Shown: positions 1-11,286, numbered from the stretch's first letter. The stretch is DNA of 64,000 bases from Nitrospirota bacterium (GCA_963721805.1 CAVRJY010000004.1:32001-96000), one strand, 5' to 3'. A program made the numbers and translations. Notes: generated by a model from the letters alone, not told the origin.

Positions 1-453
1 GCTCAGACCCTTGGAAGAATCACGTCGGTTAATCAAATCCGCTGGTTAGATGTTAACTTCCGGGACAACTATGTCTCCCTCTATACGAGGAAGGCCAAGA
101 ACTCAAACGTCAAGGAAATCCGCATCCCGATGAACAGGGTGCTGAGAGCCTGTTTTGAGAACATCCCACGCCAAGGAGAGTATGTGTTTATCAATCCAAA
201 GACAAAGAAGCCGTATGGCTACCGCAGCAAGTTTCTCAAGACGCTATGCAGGAAAGCCAATGTTCAGGTTTTCGGTTATCACTCGCTCAGGCATTTCGGA
301 GCCTCTCGGTTGGACAACAAAGGTGCAGCTCTAAGCGACATTCAAAAAATCCTTGGCCATGAAAAAGCCAGCACAACGGCTATCTACCTTCAGAGCTTAA
401 CAGGAAGCGTGGAGAAGACCGTGGAGCTGCTTGAAGACCTAAGTCACCCCTAA
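1..453 (+). CDS. Tyrosine recombinase/integrase, C-terminal catalytic part (5'-truncated by the window)
   Basis: Frame is open from base 1 (AQTLGRITSVNQIRWLDVNF, catalytic Arg region) through HSLRH...LGH...TTAIY; lower GC than the flanks; converges on a tRNA 3' end. Confidence 0.9.
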   Translation, partial: AQTLGRITSVNQIRWLDVNFRDNYVSLYTRKAKNSNVKEIRIPMNRVLRACFENIPRQGEYVFINPKTKKPYGYRSKFLKTLCRKANVQVFGYHSLRHFGASRLDNKGAALSDIQKILGHEKASTTAIYLQSLTGSVEKTVELLEDLSHP

Positions 454-464
454 AGTCACCCCTA
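441..464. repeat. Perfect 12-bp tandem direct repeat (aagtcaccccta x2), candidate integrase arm-type site
   Basis: 441-452 and 453-464 are identical; lies between the integrase stop and the tRNA 3' end. Confidence 0.6.
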
Positions 465-514
465 CCGATAAAAAAAGGGCTTGCGAAATCCTCGCAAACC
501 CTTGGTATTAATGA

Positions 515-586
515 AGCCGGGAATGGGAGTCGAACCCACGACCTGCTGATTACGAATCAGCTGCTCTGCCTCTGAGCTATCCCGGC
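515..586 (-). tRNA. tRNA-Thr (CGT)
   Basis: Reverse complement GCCGGGATAGCTCAG...CTGAT-TCGTAAT-CAG...GGTTCGACTCCCATTCCCGGCT folds as a cloverleaf with anticodon CGT; no encoded CCA. Confidence 0.95.
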
Positions 587-672
587 TGAAATAGAAAATT
601 TACTATAGATGATGGTGTTTTTTCAATCCGGCTGCCCTGCCCCGCCCTTTGCGGCGCCCTCCCCCACCGCGC

Positions 673-714
673 TTGACTCCATCGGACCGACAGGGTATAA
701 TGTGCATATGCACA
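673..714 (+). promoter_or_regulatory. sigma70 promoter with overlapping palindromic operator
   Basis: TTGACT(673-678)-17 nt-TATAAT(696-701), then perfect palindrome TGTGCATATGCACA (701-714). Confidence 0.75.
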
Positions 715-732
715 ATTCGCAAGGACGGTTCC

Positions 733-1038
733 ATGCCGCGCAATAAAAAACCCCGCACCTGCGGGTGCAGCTTCATGGGCAGGGCATACAAGCCCACCGG
801 CAAGCCGATGAGCGAACTGCAGCGCGTACCTATCGCCGAGGACGAGCTAGAGGCGCTGAGGCTTTGTGACTTGCAGGGGCTCTCGCAGGCCGAGGCAGGG
901 GTACGCATGGGCGTATCGCGCGGTACGGTGCAACGCATATTGGCCTCGGCGCGCCGAAAGACCGCCGACGCCCTCACCGGCTGCAAGGCGCTTGTGCTCG
1001 AACACACACTATGCAAAAATTCAGGCAAGGAGGATTAG
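733..1038 (+). CDS. DUF134 family HTH protein (putative regulator)
   Basis: MPRNKKPR..., DELEALRLCDLQGLSQAEAGVRMGVSRGTVQRILASAR, typical of DUF134; AAGGA upstream of ATG 733. Confidence 0.85.
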   Translation: MPRNKKPRTCGCSFMGRAYKPTGKPMSELQRVPIAEDELEALRLCDLQGLSQAEAGVRMGVSRGTVQRILASARRKTADALTGCKALVLEHTLCKNSGKED

Positions 1039-1043
1039 AGAGG

Positions 1044-1424
1044 ATGAAGATCGGATTCCCTGTAGGCAGCCCCGAGGGGCTGCAAAGCGAGGTTTACGGG
1101 CATTTCGGCTCGGCCCCGGCATTCGTGATCGTAGACAGCGAGGGCGGGGTGCGCACGCTCGTTAACGCCGACGCCGTGCACACGCACGGGCAGTGCAGCC
1201 CGATCCGCGCGCTCGGGGGCGAGGCAGTCGACGGCATCGTCGTGGGCGGCATCGGGGCCGGAGCGCTTGGCAAGCTCATGTCCATGGGCATCGCGGTATT
1301 CAAGGCCGGGGCCCCGAGCATCGAGGCCAACCTCGCCCTGCTAGGCGAGGGCAAGCTCACGCGCATGAACCCGATGATGACCTGCGGCGGACACAGCGGC
1401 GGCGAAGGCTGCTCGCACCACTAA
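1044..1424 (+). CDS. NifB/NifX-family (FeMo-cofactor biosynthesis-like) protein
   Basis: HFGSAPAFVIVD, VGGIGAGA, His/Cys-rich tail. Confidence 0.85.
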   Translation: MKIGFPVGSPEGLQSEVYGHFGSAPAFVIVDSEGGVRTLVNADAVHTHGQCSPIRALGGEAVDGIVVGGIGAGALGKLMSMGIAVFKAGAPSIEANLALLGEGKLTRMNPMMTCGGHSGGEGCSHH

Positions 1425-1438
1425 AAGAAGGAGAAATA

Positions 1439-1801
1439 ATGGCAAGGACTCTGGAACTCACCAATGAACTGCGCGCGCTGGGGTATATGTGCGGTGTGCT
1501 CACCACTCAGCTGACCGACCCGGTCTGCTGCGACTGCAGGAAGATGCCCTCGACGCACTCAACGCTCTCGGCCCACGTGGCCTCTCTCCAGGCCCTGTCC
1601 GAGGGAAACCTCAATGAGGCCGAGCTTAAGCGCCTCAATGCTATGGCCGAGGTGCTCGCGGCCTCGTCCCTTCCGGTCGAGCCCAAGCCCCAGCGCAAGG
1701 TCGGGACATGCAACCTGCCCGGGGGCGAGTGCATCATAAAGCACTCGCGCAACCTATATAAACGCATACAGGGAATCGCGGAGGGCGGAAGCCATGAGTG
1801 A
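1439..1801 (+). CDS. Hypothetical Cys-rich protein
   Basis: AAGGAG RBS; CCDC and CNLPGGEC motifs; overlaps the next gene. Confidence 0.7.
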   Translation: MARTLELTNELRALGYMCGVLTTQLTDPVCCDCRKMPSTHSTLSAHVASLQALSEGNLNEAELKRLNAMAEVLAASSLPVEPKPQRKVGTCNLPGGECIIKHSRNLYKRIQGIAEGGSHE

Positions 1802-2168
1802 CAAGAAATTCGTATTCATCCTCACCTCGTCTTTCGACAGGCCGGACGCTATGGCCGGGGCGATGCAGCTTGCGGTTAACATGAAGGCCTTCGACGCGGA
1901 GCTGGACTTCTTCCTTATGGACAGCGCCGCGCTGCTGGCGAAGAAGGGCTTCGCAGAGTCAGTCACCTGGCAGAAGAAGGACGAGTTCTCGCCGCTCGCG
2001 GAACTGGTCAGGACGCTCACCGAGGACTTCGGCGTCAAGTTCTACGTCTGCGCCTCGTGCGTCAAGGCCAACGGGATCGACGCCACGAACCTCATCCCGA
2101 ACGCCGAGATAAAGCCCGGCTCGTTCCTCGGCGAGATGCTCATGGAACGCACCCCGCTTACGTTTTGA
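1794..2168 (+). CDS. DsrE-family sulfur relay protein
   Basis: DFFLMDSAALL, VKFYVCASC; size typical of DsrE/F. Confidence 0.8.
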   Translation: MSDKKFVFILTSSFDRPDAMAGAMQLAVNMKAFDAELDFFLMDSAALLAKKGFAESVTWQKKDEFSPLAELVRTLTEDFGVKFYVCASCVKANGIDATNLIPNAEIKPGSFLGEMLMERTPLTF

Positions 2169-2183
2169 TAGAATAGCTGTACA

Positions 2184-3360
2184 GTGCAGGACATAACCTC
2201 TTTGGCGGTGCTCAACCTGCGGCGCGCGCCCGCGCGCACCGCGGCGGTATTCATATACCTCGCGGCGATGGCCGGCGTGCTGTTCGTGGGAGGGGTGCTG
2301 TACCTGGGCGTGCTGGACGCCACATCTCGTGGCGCAGCCCGCTTGGGCGCGGACGCGATGGTCGTGCCCGGCCTCGCGCGGTGCCGACCTCTCTGACATC
2401 CTCCTTTCGGAGCGCGGGGCCAGGCCCGTAATGCCCGCGTCGAATGCCGAAAAGGTGCGGCTGATGCCCGAGGTCGCGAATGCGGCGGCCCAGCTCTATG
2501 TCAACTCAGGACCGCTTGCCTGCTGCGCGCTCTCGGACGTCCTTCTCGTCGGGTTCGACCAGGCGCATGACTTCACGCTCGCGCCCTGGCTGCGAGAGCG
2601 CATAGGCCGCACTTTAGCGGACGACGAGGTGATCGTAGGCTCCGGCATATCGGCCGAGCCCGGCGGGAAGATCGCGTTTTACGGGATGCTGTTTAAGGTC
2701 GCGGGAAAGCTCGAGCCCGCCGGGGTGGGCAAGCTCGACCTGACCGTATTTATCCCTCTGAGCGGGGCGCGCAAGATGCTCGCGGAGGCCGCGCTAAAAA
2801 GCCCCTCGCCGCCCTCCATAACCCCCGGCGACATATCTGTCGTGCTGGTGAAATTCAAGTCCGGCATCAACCCCGATGCAGCGGCGCTCGCTATCGAGTC
2901 CCGGCTGCCGGGGTTGCGCGTAGAGCTCGCTTCCCAAGCGATCACGAGGCTCCGCAGCTCCATGATGACCCCAGCATACGCTGTGCTCGCCGCGGGCGCG
3001 GCGCAATGGGCCTCAGGTATCGTGATGCTCTGGGCCGTATTCGGCTTCGTGCTCCAAAGCCGGAGGGCCGAGCTGAGCCTGATGCGCGCCGTAGGCGCCA
3101 AGCTTAAGGATATCAGGCGCATGGTCCTGCTCGAGACCGCCCTGCTGGGGGCCATTGCCTCGGCCGCCGGGATCGCGGCCGGAGGCCTGGTGCTGTGGGC
3201 CATGCCTGGGATGCCCTACCCCTCCGCTCCGGCCATATTTGCCGCGGCCATTGCCGCCGCAGGCATCTGCGTGCTCACCAGCCTCTCGGCCACGCTATAC
3301 CCGCTTCACCGCGCCACGGCCGCCTTCTCCCCCCATAGCGCGACGACCGCCGGCCTCTGA
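2184..3360 (+). CDS. ABC transporter permease (MacB/FtsX type), frameshifted near 2365-2370
   Basis: N-terminal NLRRAPART + TM in one frame; periplasmic domain and RRAELSLMRAVGA FtsX motif in another; removing one base joins them. Confidence 0.75.
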
Positions 3361-3442
3361 TTGACAGCCGCCCGCACCTGTGATAGATTCTCTTCAGAGG
3401 GCCTGCAATCACTTCGAGGGGAGAGAAAAAGGAGCTGTAGCC

Positions 3443-3949
3443 ATGCCTACGGAGCTAAAGGAAAAGGGTAACGGGAAGAAGACCGGGGAGATCACGGTCT
3501 CTAAGCCCGGCGGGATCACCTCTATGTTCGACGAGATGGAGAGGATGTTCGGGGGCATCATGGGCCACGGCCTGATGCACCGCTTCATGCCCCCCTTCAA
3601 ATGGCCGTCGGAGTTCGAGATAGGCTACCCCTCGGTCGACATCTTCGAGGACGCCGACAAGGTGACGGTCAAGGCCGAGCTGCCGGGCGTTGAGAAAGAC
3701 GGCGTCAACGTCAGCGTCAACGAAGACCTGATCACTATCAGCGGCGAGAAGAACAAGGAAGAGAAGGTAGAGAAGAAAGATTACTACCGGCTCGAACGCT
3801 CATATGGCTCGTTCAGCCGCTCGCTGCGCCTCCCGGCCGAGGTCAAGGCCGACAAGGCTAGCGCGACGTTCAAAGACGGCGTGCTCGAGGTCACGCTCCC
3901 CAAAACTGAAAAAGGCAAGACAAAAGGCGTGAAGGTCGATATCAAGTAG
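3443..3949 (+). CDS. Hsp20/alpha-crystallin small heat shock protein
   Basis: PSVDIFED, AELPGV, ERSYGSFSRSLRLP, ATFKDGVLEV. Confidence 0.95.
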   Translation: MPTELKEKGNGKKTGEITVSKPGGITSMFDEMERMFGGIMGHGLMHRFMPPFKWPSEFEIGYPSVDIFEDADKVTVKAELPGVEKDGVNVSVNEDLITISGEKNKEEKVEKKDYYRLERSYGSFSRSLRLPAEVKADKASATFKDGVLEVTLPKTEKGKTKGVKVDIK

Positions 3950-4073
3950 CCTGTCTATTGCAAACGGCAAAGGCGGGCGGCCGCAGGCATGCTGCCGCCC
4001 GGGTGCCACGGGCACCTCTCAATTTCCTTCATTAACGATATCGAGATAACCTTAAGATAAGTTATACTATCAA

Positions 4074-5234
4074 TTGCCGCTTATGAAGAACATCGTCATC
4101 CTTGGATCAACCGGCTCGATCGGCCGAAGCGCCCTGCGCGTCATCGAGGCTAATCCCGACCGCTTCCGTGTGGTGGGCCTGACAGGCCACCGCAACGTCA
4201 CGCTATTGATCGAACAAGCCATTAAATTTCGGCCGCTCGCGGTAGCCGTAAGCACCCCGGAGGCTGCGGCCGAGGTCCGAGCCAGCCTCGACGTGAAGGT
4301 ATACGTAGGAGTCGAGGGCATCGAGGCCATCGCCTCGCTGGATGCGGCCGATCTCGTGATATCCGCCATAGTGGGCTCGCACGGTCTGATGCCGACGATG
4401 GCCGCGCTCCGCGCCGGAAAGTCCATAGGCCTCGCCAACAAGGAGACCCTCGTGATGGCCGGAGATCTCGTGATGGCCGAGGCCCGCAGCCGCGGCGTCG
4501 ATATCCTTCCCGTAGACAGCGAACACAGCGCGATATTCCAGTGCCTCGAGGGCCGCGCGCCGGACTCGGTCAGAAAGCTCATCCTCACCGCCTCGGGCGG
4601 GCCGTTTATAGGCATGACCACGCGAGAGCTCGAGGCAGTCACGCCCGAGGCCGCGTTAAAACATCCCTCGTGGAGCATGGGCCGGAAGATCACCGTGGAT
4701 TCCGCAACCCTCATGAACAAGGGTCTGGAGGTCATCGAGGCGCACCACCTCTTCGACGCCGCGCCAGCGATAATCGACGTCGTCATTCACCCCCAGAGCA
4801 TCATACACTCGATGGTCGAGTTCCGGGACGGAAGCTGCCTGGCGCAGCTCTCGGTACCGGACATGCGCGGGGCCATTGCCTATGCGATGTCCTGCCCCGA
4901 GCGCATAGAGGCCGTGATCCCGGCGCTGAACCTGGCCTCGACCGGCACGCTTACGTTTCACGCGCCGGATAAGGCCGCGTTCCCGTGCCTCTCTCTCGCA
5001 TACGACGCGCTGGAGGCCGGCGGCACGATGCCCGCGGTGCTTAACGCGGCAAACGAGGTCGCTGTCGAGGCGTTTTTAGAGGGCAGGATCGGGTTCATGG
5101 ACATACCGGCCCTGATCCATAAAACTATGGAGGCGCACGCAACCGTCCCCGCCACCGATATAGATACCATCCTCGACGTCCACCGCTGGGCCGTGGCCCA
5201 TGCCTCGGAACTCGCAGGGGGCCTGCCGCGATGA
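4074..5234 (+). CDS. dxr: 1-deoxy-D-xylulose-5-phosphate reductoisomerase
   Basis: ILGSTGSIG, LANKETLV, PVDSEHSA, HPSWSMGRKITVDSATLMNKGLE. Confidence 0.97.
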   Translation: MPLMKNIVILGSTGSIGRSALRVIEANPDRFRVVGLTGHRNVTLLIEQAIKFRPLAVAVSTPEAAAEVRASLDVKVYVGVEGIEAIASLDAADLVISAIVGSHGLMPTMAALRAGKSIGLANKETLVMAGDLVMAEARSRGVDILPVDSEHSAIFQCLEGRAPDSVRKLILTASGGPFIGMTTRELEAVTPEAALKHPSWSMGRKITVDSATLMNKGLEVIEAHHLFDAAPAIIDVVIHPQSIIHSMVEFRDGSCLAQLSVPDMRGAIAYAMSCPERIEAVIPALNLASTGTLTFHAPDKAAFPCLSLAYDALEAGGTMPAVLNAANEVAVEAFLEGRIGFMDIPALIHKTMEAHATVPATDIDTILDVHRWAVAHASELAGGLPR

Positions 5235-6301
5235 CGATAATCTCGGCGGTAGTGCTCCTTGGCGTGCTGATATTCGTGCACGAGCTGGGGCATTTCATCG
5301 TCGCTAAGTGGATGGGCGTAAAGGTCGAGAAATTCTCGCTGGGCTTTGGCCCGAAGCTTATAGGCAAGACCGTGGGCGAGACGGAATACGTGCTCGCCGC
5401 GGTGCCGCTCGGCGGATACGTCAAGATGCTGGGCGAGGACCCCGAGGTCGAACTCACCGAGGCCGAGGCCGGCCGGGCCTTCAACCGCAAGCCGGTCTGG
5501 AGGCGCGCATTGATCGTGTTTTCGGGCCCGGCCACCAATCTCGTATTCGCGGCCTTCCTCTTCACGCTGATATTCCTGACCGGCGTGCCGGCATTCTATC
5601 CCCGCGTGGGAGAGGTCATGGTCAACACCCCGGCCGCGGCGGCCGGGCTCGTTAACGGAGACACGATCATAGCGATCTCGAACACTCCGGTGGAGTCCTG
5701 GGAGGACATGACCGCGATAATATTCGACAGCCCGGGGCGCAGCCTGATGCTCAAGGTCAGGCGCGGCGGCGAGCTCCTGAGCATCCCGATCACGCCCGAG
5801 CGCAAGAAGGCCACGAACATATTCGGTGAGGAGAAGGAGCGCGGCCTGATCGGCATAAAGCCCTCGGGCGACGAGTTCACGAAGCGGTTCGGCCCTGTAG
5901 ATTCGGTCGTGATGGGCGTGCAGCGCACCTGGGACGTATCGGCGCTCACCGTCGTCTCGGTCGTAAAGCTGATAGAGCGAGTCATCCCGGCCAACACGAT
6001 AGGCGGGCCGATAATGATAGTCACTATGGCCGGGGAGCAGGCCTCGCACGGCGCGATGAGCTTCTTTCTGTTCATGGCGCTCATAAGCGTGAACCTCGGC
6101 GTTATAAACCTCTTCCCGATACCGATCCTCGACGGAGGGCACCTGCTGTTTTTCGGGATCGAGGCCGTACGCAGAAAGCCCCTGAGCGAGCACGTTATGG
6201 GCATAGCCCAGCGCTTCGGGCTCGCGTTTCTGCTCGGCGTGATGGCGTTTGCGATCTATAACGACATCATGCGCTACGTCTTCGGGAAGGGTACGCCCTA
6301 G
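5231..6301 (+). CDS. rseP: RIP metalloprotease RseP
   Basis: HELGH zinc motif, PDZ domain, [11 protein letters not shown]; follows dxr. Confidence 0.96.
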   Translation: MTIISAVVLLGVLIFVHELGHFIVAKWMGVKVEKFSLGFGPKLIGKTVGETEYVLAAVPLGGYVKMLGEDPEVELTEAEAGRAFNRKPVWRRALIVFSGPATNLVFAAFLFTLIFLTGVPAFYPRVGEVMVNTPAAAAGLVNGDTIIAISNTPVESWEDMTAIIFDSPGRSLMLKVRRGGELLSIPITPERKKATNIFGEEKERGLIGIKPSGDEFTKRFGPVDSVVMGVQRTWDVSALTVVSVVKLIERVIPANTIGGPIMIVTMAGEQASHGAMSFFLFMALISVNLGVINLFPIPILDGGHLLFFGIEAVRRKPLSEHVMGIAQRFGLAFLLGVMAFAIYNDIMRYVFGKGTP

Positions 6302-6303
6302 CC

Positions 6304-6762
6304 GTGGGCATCGTCATGGGGCGAGAAGAGCTTGTTGATGAATTAGAGGCGCTTCGCGACCGCGGGCTCAAGGTCGTGTTCACGAACGGCTGCTTCGATA
6401 TCCTGCACGCCGGACACGTGAGGTACTTAAAGGAAGCGCGCGCCCTGGGCGACGCGCTCGTCGTCGGGCTCAACTCCGACCTCTCGGTCGGGCGCATCAA
6501 GCCCGGACGCCCGATAGTGCCCGGCGACCAGAGGGCCGAGGTGCTCGCGGCCCTCGCCTCGGTGGACTACGTAGTGTTCTTCGACGAGGAGACCCCGTAC
6601 GAACTCATCAAGGCCATCAGGCCGGACGTGCTCGTAAAGGGCGGCGACTGGAAGCCCGCGGACATAGTGGGCTCGGACTTGGTGCCTGTTACCATGAGCC
6701 TTCCGTTTTCAGAGGGGCTGTCTTCTTCAAGCATCATCGAGCGCATCCGGGCCTCACGCTAA
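6304..6762 (+). CDS. rfaE2: D-glycero-beta-D-manno-heptose 1-phosphate adenylyltransferase
   Basis: [28 protein letters not shown]. Confidence 0.92.
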   Translation: MGIVMGREELVDELEALRDRGLKVVFTNGCFDILHAGHVRYLKEARALGDALVVGLNSDLSVGRIKPGRPIVPGDQRAEVLAALASVDYVVFFDEETPYELIKAIRPDVLVKGGDWKPADIVGSDLVPVTMSLPFSEGLSSSSIIERIRASR

Positions 6763-6781
6763 TCAAACTTACATTCGTCAT

Positions 6782-9700
6782 ATGGCCGAGTTAAAACCAC
6801 TGATAGCCGCATTCCTGGGCCCGGCCGAAAGCTCGCGGCCCGGCCGCATATACAATCTCGGCGGCTCCTCGATGGCGCTGTACCTGGCCCATGTCCGCGA
6901 GCCCATGCTCGCGCTCGGGGCCGGGGACGAGCAGATGCGCCGCCTCTGGGAGGACGTCGCGCTATACCGCCGCCTGCTCGGCATCGAAGCCCCTGAGGCG
7001 CTCTACGTGCCACCGTCGGAGTCCGACGCCGAGGGCCAGCGCGCAAGCGCGGTGTACAGGCTCATCGACGAAGGCGCCGAGCTCTCGGTCTTCGCCGCGC
7101 GCGAGGCGTTTCAGACACCGCTCTGGAGCCCGGAGGGCCTGCTCGACAGCTCGATGATCCTCGAGCGCGGCACAGAGCTTGCGCGCACGGACGTAGAGGA
7201 CCGCCTGCTGAAGCTGGGCTACGTGCGCGTCTCACTGGTCACCTACCGCGGCCAGTACAGCGTCCGCGGGTACATACTGGACGTCTTCCCCTCGACCGGG
7301 ACGCAGCCGCTCAGGGTCGAGTTCTTCGGCGACGTTATAGACGACGTCCGCACCTTCGACCCCGACACCCAGCGCTCCATACGCCGGGCCGAGTCCTTCA
7401 TTCTCCTGCCGTCGGGCGACCCCGAAAGCGGCATGGGCGTGGAGGGGCTTTATGACGGCAGGCGCGTCTTCGTGGTCGAGCCTGCCGAGGAAGGCGGCAT
7501 GCCGGAGGGCGCGGTGCTCTTAAGCCGCTACGCCATCGCAGGAGAGGGCATGGATTCCGGGCTGCTGCCCATAGCCGGGCTCGGGATCATGCCGGGCGAG
7601 AGGCGCGACATCGCCGCGCTCGCAGGGGCGATAAAGTCCATGATCCCCTCGACCCGAGTCGTGTTTTTCTCGTCATCGCACCGGGCAGGCCGAACGCCTG
7701 CGCGACGTGCTTGCCGAGGGCGACGTGACCGCGCCGGTTATAGAATTTAATGAGCTGCCAGCATACCCGGGCGCGGTCTCGATCACGGTGGGCGGCCCGT
7801 CGGCCGGGTTTCATGCGCCGGGGCTCCTGGTGCTCACCGAGGAGGAGCTCTTCGGCGGCAAGCCCGCGTACAGGCCGATCAAGAAATCCCGCGTCAAGAA
7901 GCTGCTTGCGACTATCGACGACCTCGCCGTGGGCGATTATGTCGTGCACACAGAGAAGGGCATCGGCAGGTTCCTCGGGCTTCAGCGCCAGCGCGTCGAG
8001 GACACGGAGTACGAACTCATAGCGCTTGAGTATGCCGAGGGCGCGAGGCTCTATCTCCCGCTCTCCGCGATTGAGCTTATCAAGAAGTACCACGCCGACG
8101 AGGGCGCGGCCGTAAGGCTGGAGAAGCTCGGCTCGGCCGGCTGGAAGCGCACGCGCGAGCGCGTTGGAAAACGCATCCGCGAGATGGCGGACGAGCTGCT
8201 GAAGATATACGCAGGCCGCGAGGTCGCGCGGGGGTTCGCGTTCTCCCCCGACACCGTGATGCACCGCGAGTTCGAGAGCTTCTTCCCCTACGAGGCCACG
8301 CCTGACCAGCTCAATGCCGTGGAGGAGATCAAGCGCGACATGGAGAGCGACCGGCCGATGGACCGCCTGCTGTGCGGCGACGTAGGCTACGGCAAGACCG
8401 AGGTCGCCATGCGCGCGGCGTTCAAGGCCGTATTCGACGCGAGACAGGTCGTGGTGCTCGTCCCTACGACGCTTCTGTGCGAGCAGCACGCCCGCATATT
8501 TAAAAAGCGCTTCTCGGCCTTCCCAGTGAAGATCGACTACATCAGCCGCTTTAAGTCCCCGGCCGAAAGAAAAGACACCATCGAGCGGTTCGAGCGCGGA
8601 GAGATAGACATAGTGATCGCGACGCACGCGATACTGCGCACCGGGCTTAGGGCAAAAGGTCTGGGGCTTCTGATAATAGACGAGGAACACCGCTTCGGAG
8701 TGGCCCAGAAGGAGCGCATAAAGGAACTCAGAAGCGGGATCGACGTGCTCTCGCTTAGCGCCACGCCGATACCGCGCACGCTGCAGATGGCGCTCTCGGG
8801 CATCAGGGGGATGAGCCTTATCGAGACCCCGCCCGAGGAGCGGCTCTCGGTCGCGACGACCGTCGCGGTCTCGGACCCCCAGCTCATACGCCAGGCCATC
8901 GAGCGCGAACTCATCCGCGGCGGGCAGGTGTTCTTCGTCCATAACCGCATAGAGAGCATCGAGCGCACTGCGACGCGCGTACGCGGCTTGGTGCCGGACG
9001 CGCGCATAGCCGTGGCCCACGGACGCACGCCAGAGCGCGAGCTTGAGCGCATCATGCTCGATTTCTTAAACGGCGCGATCGACGTCCTCGTCTGCACCGC
9101 GATCGTGGGCGCGGGGCTCGACATCCCGACCGCGAACACGATCATCATTGACATGGCCGAGCGCATGGGGCTTGCGGACCTCTACCAGCTCAAGGGCCGC
9201 GTCGGCCGCAGCAACGTGCGCGCATACGCGTATTTCCTCGTCAAGAGCGAAGAGACCTTGACCGACGACGCGCGCAAGCGGCTGCAGGCCCTGCAGGAAC
9301 TCAGCTACGTCGGCGCGGGCTTCAGGCTCGCGATGAAGGACCTCGAGATCCGCGGGGCCGGAAACCTCCTGGGCGCGGAGCAGTCAGGCAATATCGACGC
9401 GGTCGGGCTGGACCTGTACATGGAGATGCTCGAACGCGCGGTGGCCGAGATCAAGGGTGTGCCGATCAAGGAGAAGACACACTGCACGGTTTCGATGGCC
9501 CTAAACGCGTTCATCCCCGAGGGCTACGTCGAGGACATATCGCTGAGGCTCAGCGCATACCGCGCGGTGGCCGGGGCCGAGACCGAGGAGGAGCTGCAGG
9601 AGATCATGCGCGGGCTCGTGGACCGTTACGGCCCTATGCCGCCTGAGGCTGAAAACCTCGTGGCCGTGATGGGGCTTCGGATACTGGCCTCGGGGCTCGG

Positions 9701-9923
9701 GATCTCGGAGCTGACACAGTTGGGCCGGAGGCTCGGCTTCGCGCTCGCCGAGGGCTCCCCCCTCGCGCCGGACAGGATCATGGCCGCGCTCGGGGCCAAG
9801 GTGCGTTTTACGCAGAAGGGCTTCGAGTTCCAGACCGGCAAGGGGGACGAGGCCGTAGCGGCCGCGCGCGCGGTGCTGGGGAGGCTCGCCGGTGCGCCGC
9901 CACAGGGGGCATTACCCTTTTAA
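6782..9923 (+). CDS. mfd: Transcription-repair coupling factor, split by a frameshift near 7680
   Basis: UvrB-like N-part (RGYILDVFP, RVEFFGD) in 6782-7750; RID, CGDVGYGKTE, DEEHRFG, QLKGRVGR in 7707-9923. Confidence 0.93.
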
Positions 9924-9947
9924 CTAAACGTATAAGTTTCTTGCGGA

Positions 9948-10919
9948 TTATTTGTTATTGTCCAGTAATGGTTTGCCGCTGACCCGATGCCAGTGCTGAA
10001 TGCCATGCCATATATCCTCAGCCGTCTCGGCATACCAAAACAGATCACGGTCCTCGAGATCGATGACGCCCTCGGCGACCAGAAAATCCACATTCACCGC
10101 TTGACGCCAGAAGGACTCGCCCACCAGGACCACCGGCAGAGGCGCTATGCTCCTGGTCTGGATCAGGGTCAGGGTCTCGAACAACTCGTCAAACGTCCCG
10201 TATCCTCCGGGGAAGGCCACCAACGCCTTGGCGCGCTTCAGGAAATGCAGCTTGCGCATCGCGAAATAGTGAAACTTGAGACAAAGTTCAGGCGTTATGT
10301 AGGGGTTCGGGTACTGCTCATGGGGCAGCGTAATATTAAGGCCGATGGATTTGGCATTCAAATCGAACGCGCCGCGGTTGGCGGCCTCCATTATGCCGGG
10401 ACCTCCGCCCGTGACCAAAGTTACGCGACAATCCTCCGGCCCCTTACCAGCCGCGGCCACCAAGCGGCCTAATGCACGCGCTTCTTCGTAATAACGGCTC
10501 TTAGCCACAATGGACCCGGCCACGCTCAGGCACCGCTGAAGTTCCCCGTTGCCGGGGTCTGCCGCCAGCGCCCGCTCTAAGGCATCCACCTTGCGCCGTG
10601 CGGCTGCCGGTTCATGCAGGCGGGTGCTGCCGAACACGACGATGGTATGCTCCACGCCGTGCTGCTGCAATAACAGCTCGGGCTTGAGGTAGTCGATCTG
10701 GAGCCGCACGCCGCGCGTCTCGTCCTGATTCAGAAACGCTACGTCCTGATCCGCCTGACGATAGCCCGAGCTGGCCATGATGGCCTGCACCCGCGCCATC
10801 GCCTGCGGGTCATCCTCCGCCGCCTTGGGGCTCTGCCATGGCAACGGTTGCAGCCGTTTATGAGGGTGGGCCGGGGCCGGCACCACCGGGTGCGCATCAC
10901 GATTCTTTGAGTTGCTCAT
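9948..10919 (-). CDS. LOG family (Rossmann-fold nucleotide phosphoribohydrolase) protein
   Basis: VFGSTR, TGGGPGIMEAANRGA, PGGYGTFDELFE. Confidence 0.92.
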   Translation of the reverse strand: MSNSKNRDAHPVVPAPAHPHKRLQPLPWQSPKAAEDDPQAMARVQAIMASSGYRQADQDVAFLNQDETRGVRLQIDYLKPELLLQQHGVEHTIVVFGSTRLHEPAAARRKVDALERALAADPGNGELQRCLSVAGSIVAKSRYYEEARALGRLVAAAGKGPEDCRVTLVTGGGPGIMEAANRGAFDLNAKSIGLNITLPHEQYPNPYITPELCLKFHYFAMRKLHFLKRAKALVAFPGGYGTFDELFETLTLIQTRSIAPLPVVLVGESFWRQAVNVDFLVAEGVIDLEDRDLFWYAETAEDIWHGIQHWHRVSGKPLLDNNK

Positions 10920-11105
10920 CGCCGCTTCACCATCGGTTTATCGCTCCAATCCGCGCACATGATTAGGGTAAAAGAATAATCCCTGCAAGTCAAGCATACC
11001 CGCCTCTGTCACCTCGTCAAATGGCTTTGTATCGCCAAGGGTTTCCGAGCCATCCGCTATTGCACAACCCAGATGGCACGGCGGCCCGGTGACATTCAGA
11101 TGCGC

Positions 11106-11143
11106 AAAAAAAAGAATCCAGAGAGGATCAACCCCCTGGATTC
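11106..11143 (-). terminator. Rho-independent terminator after tRNA-Leu
   Basis: gaatccag...ctggattc stem next to an A8 run (U-tract on the minus strand). Confidence 0.7.
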
Positions 11144-11145
11144 AA

Positions 11146-11231
11146 TGGTGCCGAAGGCGGGATTTGAACCCGCATGGGTTGCCCCACACGCCCCTCAAAC
11201 GTGCGTGTCTACCAGATTCCACCACTTCGGC
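11146..11231 (-). tRNA. tRNA-Leu (GAG)
   Basis: Reverse complement GCCGAAGTGGTGGAA...CACGT-TTGAGGG-GCGTG, long variable arm, GGTTCAAATCC, ends ACCA. Confidence 0.95.
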
Positions 11232-11286
11232 TGAGCTTAGATATTACTACAGGTCCGGCAGGCTTTTCAAGGGAGCTCAGGGGCGG

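Noticed and set aside
1044..1424. Evidence for nitrogen fixation
   Set aside because: NifB/NifX-like domains are common in non-diazotrophs, and no nif structural genes are present
6782..9923. mfd (and lnt) as true pseudogenes or programmed frameshifts
   Set aside because: No slippery site or further decay is seen; one-base errors are the simpler explanation
9948..10919. LOG gene as a second tRNA-linked island
   Set aside because: It lies next to the tRNA-Leu 3' end but has no integrase or att duplicate
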